From Dendrobates tinctorius (lineage: Eukaryota), in the NCBI RefSeq assembly GCF_039654945.1, contig NW_027361726.1, positions 26,040,001 through 26,104,000 on the forward strand: a stretch of DNA of 64,000 bases. Direction: 5' to 3'. Below, piece by piece: positions 62,101 through 64,000 of this stretch. Each line of letters starts with the position of its first letter. Position 1 is the stretch's first letter. The notes under the pieces are model-generated. The model was not told the DNA's origin, made no database searches, and saw only the letters and a list, made by a program, of their open reading frames with translations. A program made the translations under genes and the position numbers.

Positions 62101-64000
62101 AATGATGGATAGGAGACATTCTCAGTGATGTCACTGCTGATCTCTAGTGATAGATAGTTGGCATTCTCAGTGATGTCACCTCTGATCTCTAGTGATGGAT
62201 AGGAGGCCTTCTCAGTGATGTCACTTCTGATCTCTAGTGATGGATAGGAGTCATTCTCAGTGATGTCACCTCTGATCTCTAATGATGGATAGGAGACATT
62301 CTCAGTGATGTCACTGCTGATCTCTAGTGATAGATAGTTGGCATTCTCAGTGATGTCACCTCTGATCTCTAGTGATGGATAGGAGGCCTTCTCAGTGATG
62401 TCACCGCTGATCTCTAGTGATGGATAGGAGACATTCTCAGTGATGTCACTACTGATCTCTAGTGATGGATAGGAGCCATTCTCAGTGATGTCACTGCTGA
62501 TCTCTAGTGATAGATAGGAGGCATTCTCAGTGATGTCACCTCTGATCTCTAGTGATGGATAGGAGGCATTCTCAGTGATGTCACCGCTGATCTCTAGTGA
62601 TGAATAGGAGGCATTCTCAGTGATGTCACCTCTGATCTCTAGTGATGGATTGGTGGCATTCTCAGTGATGTCACCTCTGATCTCTAATGATGGATAGGAG
62701 GCATTCTCCGTGATGTCACCGCTGATCTCTAGTGATGGATAGGAGACATTCTCAGTGATGTCACCGCTGATATCTAGTGATGGATAGGAGGCATTCTCAG
62801 TGATGTCACCGCTGATTTCTAGTGATGGATAGGAGGCATTCTCAGTGATGTCACCGCTGATCACTAGTGATGAATAGGAGGCATTTTCAGTGATGTCATG
62901 GCTGATCTCTAGTGATAGATAGTTGGCATTCTCAGTGATGTCACTACTGATCTCTAGTGATGGATAGGAGGCATTCTCAGTGATGTCACTGCTGATCTCT
63001 GGTGATGGTTAGGAGGCATTGTCAGTGATGTCACCTCTGATCTCTAGTGATGGATAGGAGGCATTTTCAGTGATGTCACCGCTGATCTCTAGTGATGGAT
63101 AGGAGGCATTTCAGTGATGTCACCACTGATCTCTAGTGATGGATAGGAGGCATTCTCAGTGATGTCACCACTGATCTCTAGTGATGGATAGGAGGCATTC
63201 TCAGTGATGTCACCGCTGATCTCTAGTGATGGATAGGAGGCATTCTCAGTGATGTCACCGCTGATCTCTAGTGATGGATAGGAGGCATTCTCAGTGATGT
63301 CACCGCTGATCTCTACTGATGAATAGGAGGCATTCTCAGTGATGTCACCGCTGATCTCTAGGGATGGATAAGAGGCATTCTCGGTGATGTCACCTCTGAT
63401 CTCTAGTGATGGATAGGAGGCATCACAGTGATGTCACCGCTGATCTCTAGTGATGGATAGGAGGCATTCTCAGTGATGTCACCGCTGATCTCTAGTGATG
63501 GATAGGAGGCATTCTCAGTGATGTCACTGCTGATCTCTAGTGATGGATAGGAGGCATTCTCAGTGATGTCACCTCTGATCTCTAGTGATGGATAGGAGGC
63601 ATTCTCAGTGATATCACTGCTGATCTCTAGTGATGGATAGGAGGCATTCTCAGTGATGTCACTGCTGATCTCTAGTGATGGATAGGAGGCATTCTCAGTG
63701 ATGTCACCGCTGATCTCTAGTGATGGATAGGAGGCATTTTCAGTGATGTCACCTCTGATCTCTAATGATGGATAGGAGGCATTCTCAGTGATGTCACTGC
63801 TGATCTCCAGTGATAGATAGTTGGCATTCTCAGTGATGTCACCTCTGATCTCTAGTGATGGATAGGAGGCATTCTCAGTGATGTCACTGCTGATCTCTAG
63901 TGATGGATTGGAGGCATTCACAGTGATGTCACCGCTGATCTCTAGTGATGGATAGGAGGCATTCTCAGTGATGTCACTACTGATCTCTAGTGATGGATAG
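56192..64000. repeat. 45-bp satellite, right arm, >170 copies; runs off the window end
   Basis: Same unit as 48596-50360; recurrent 43-bp variant (GGCATCACAG) and block duplications. Confidence 0.98.

Noticed and set aside
58286-63921. (ISGDITENASYPSLE)n ORFs of 170-420 aa
   Set aside because: 45-bp satellite read in its stop-free frame; starts are incidental and frames break at unit indels

Overview
Repeat-dense, apparently gene-free eukaryotic DNA. The transposon families (Harbinger and Kolobok/T2-type MITEs, V-SINE, L2, sushi-type and other Gypsy elements) point to an anuran (frog) genome; that assignment is inference. No host exon could be supported. The window holds about ten unrelated minisatellite/satellite arrays (units of 25, 35, 30, 41, 24/54, 30, 27, 39 and 45 bp), a non-autonomous Helitron carrying a minisatellite, several MITEs, a V-SINE and a 5'-truncated L2. 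It also holds a complete chromodomain Gypsy element (50361-56191) with a clear self-priming (Tf1/sushi-type) signature inside a 45-bp satellite. A nested LTR cluster at 20877-35896 has three divergent LTRs of one Gypsy family sitting in a 54-bp minisatellite, one of them split by a tandemly duplicated non-autonomous LTR element. Best candidate for something undescribed: these three LTRs each keep a sense-strand reading frame downstream of their TATA box, with Ala/Pro-rich repeats followed by an indel-free motif (P-x-R-x-x-[AT]-R-x-L-x-Q-x-x-x-x-W-x-x-x-L) that shows synonymous codon changes, suggesting an LTR-encoded protein. Nearly all long ORFs outside the retroelements are artefacts of tandem repeats.
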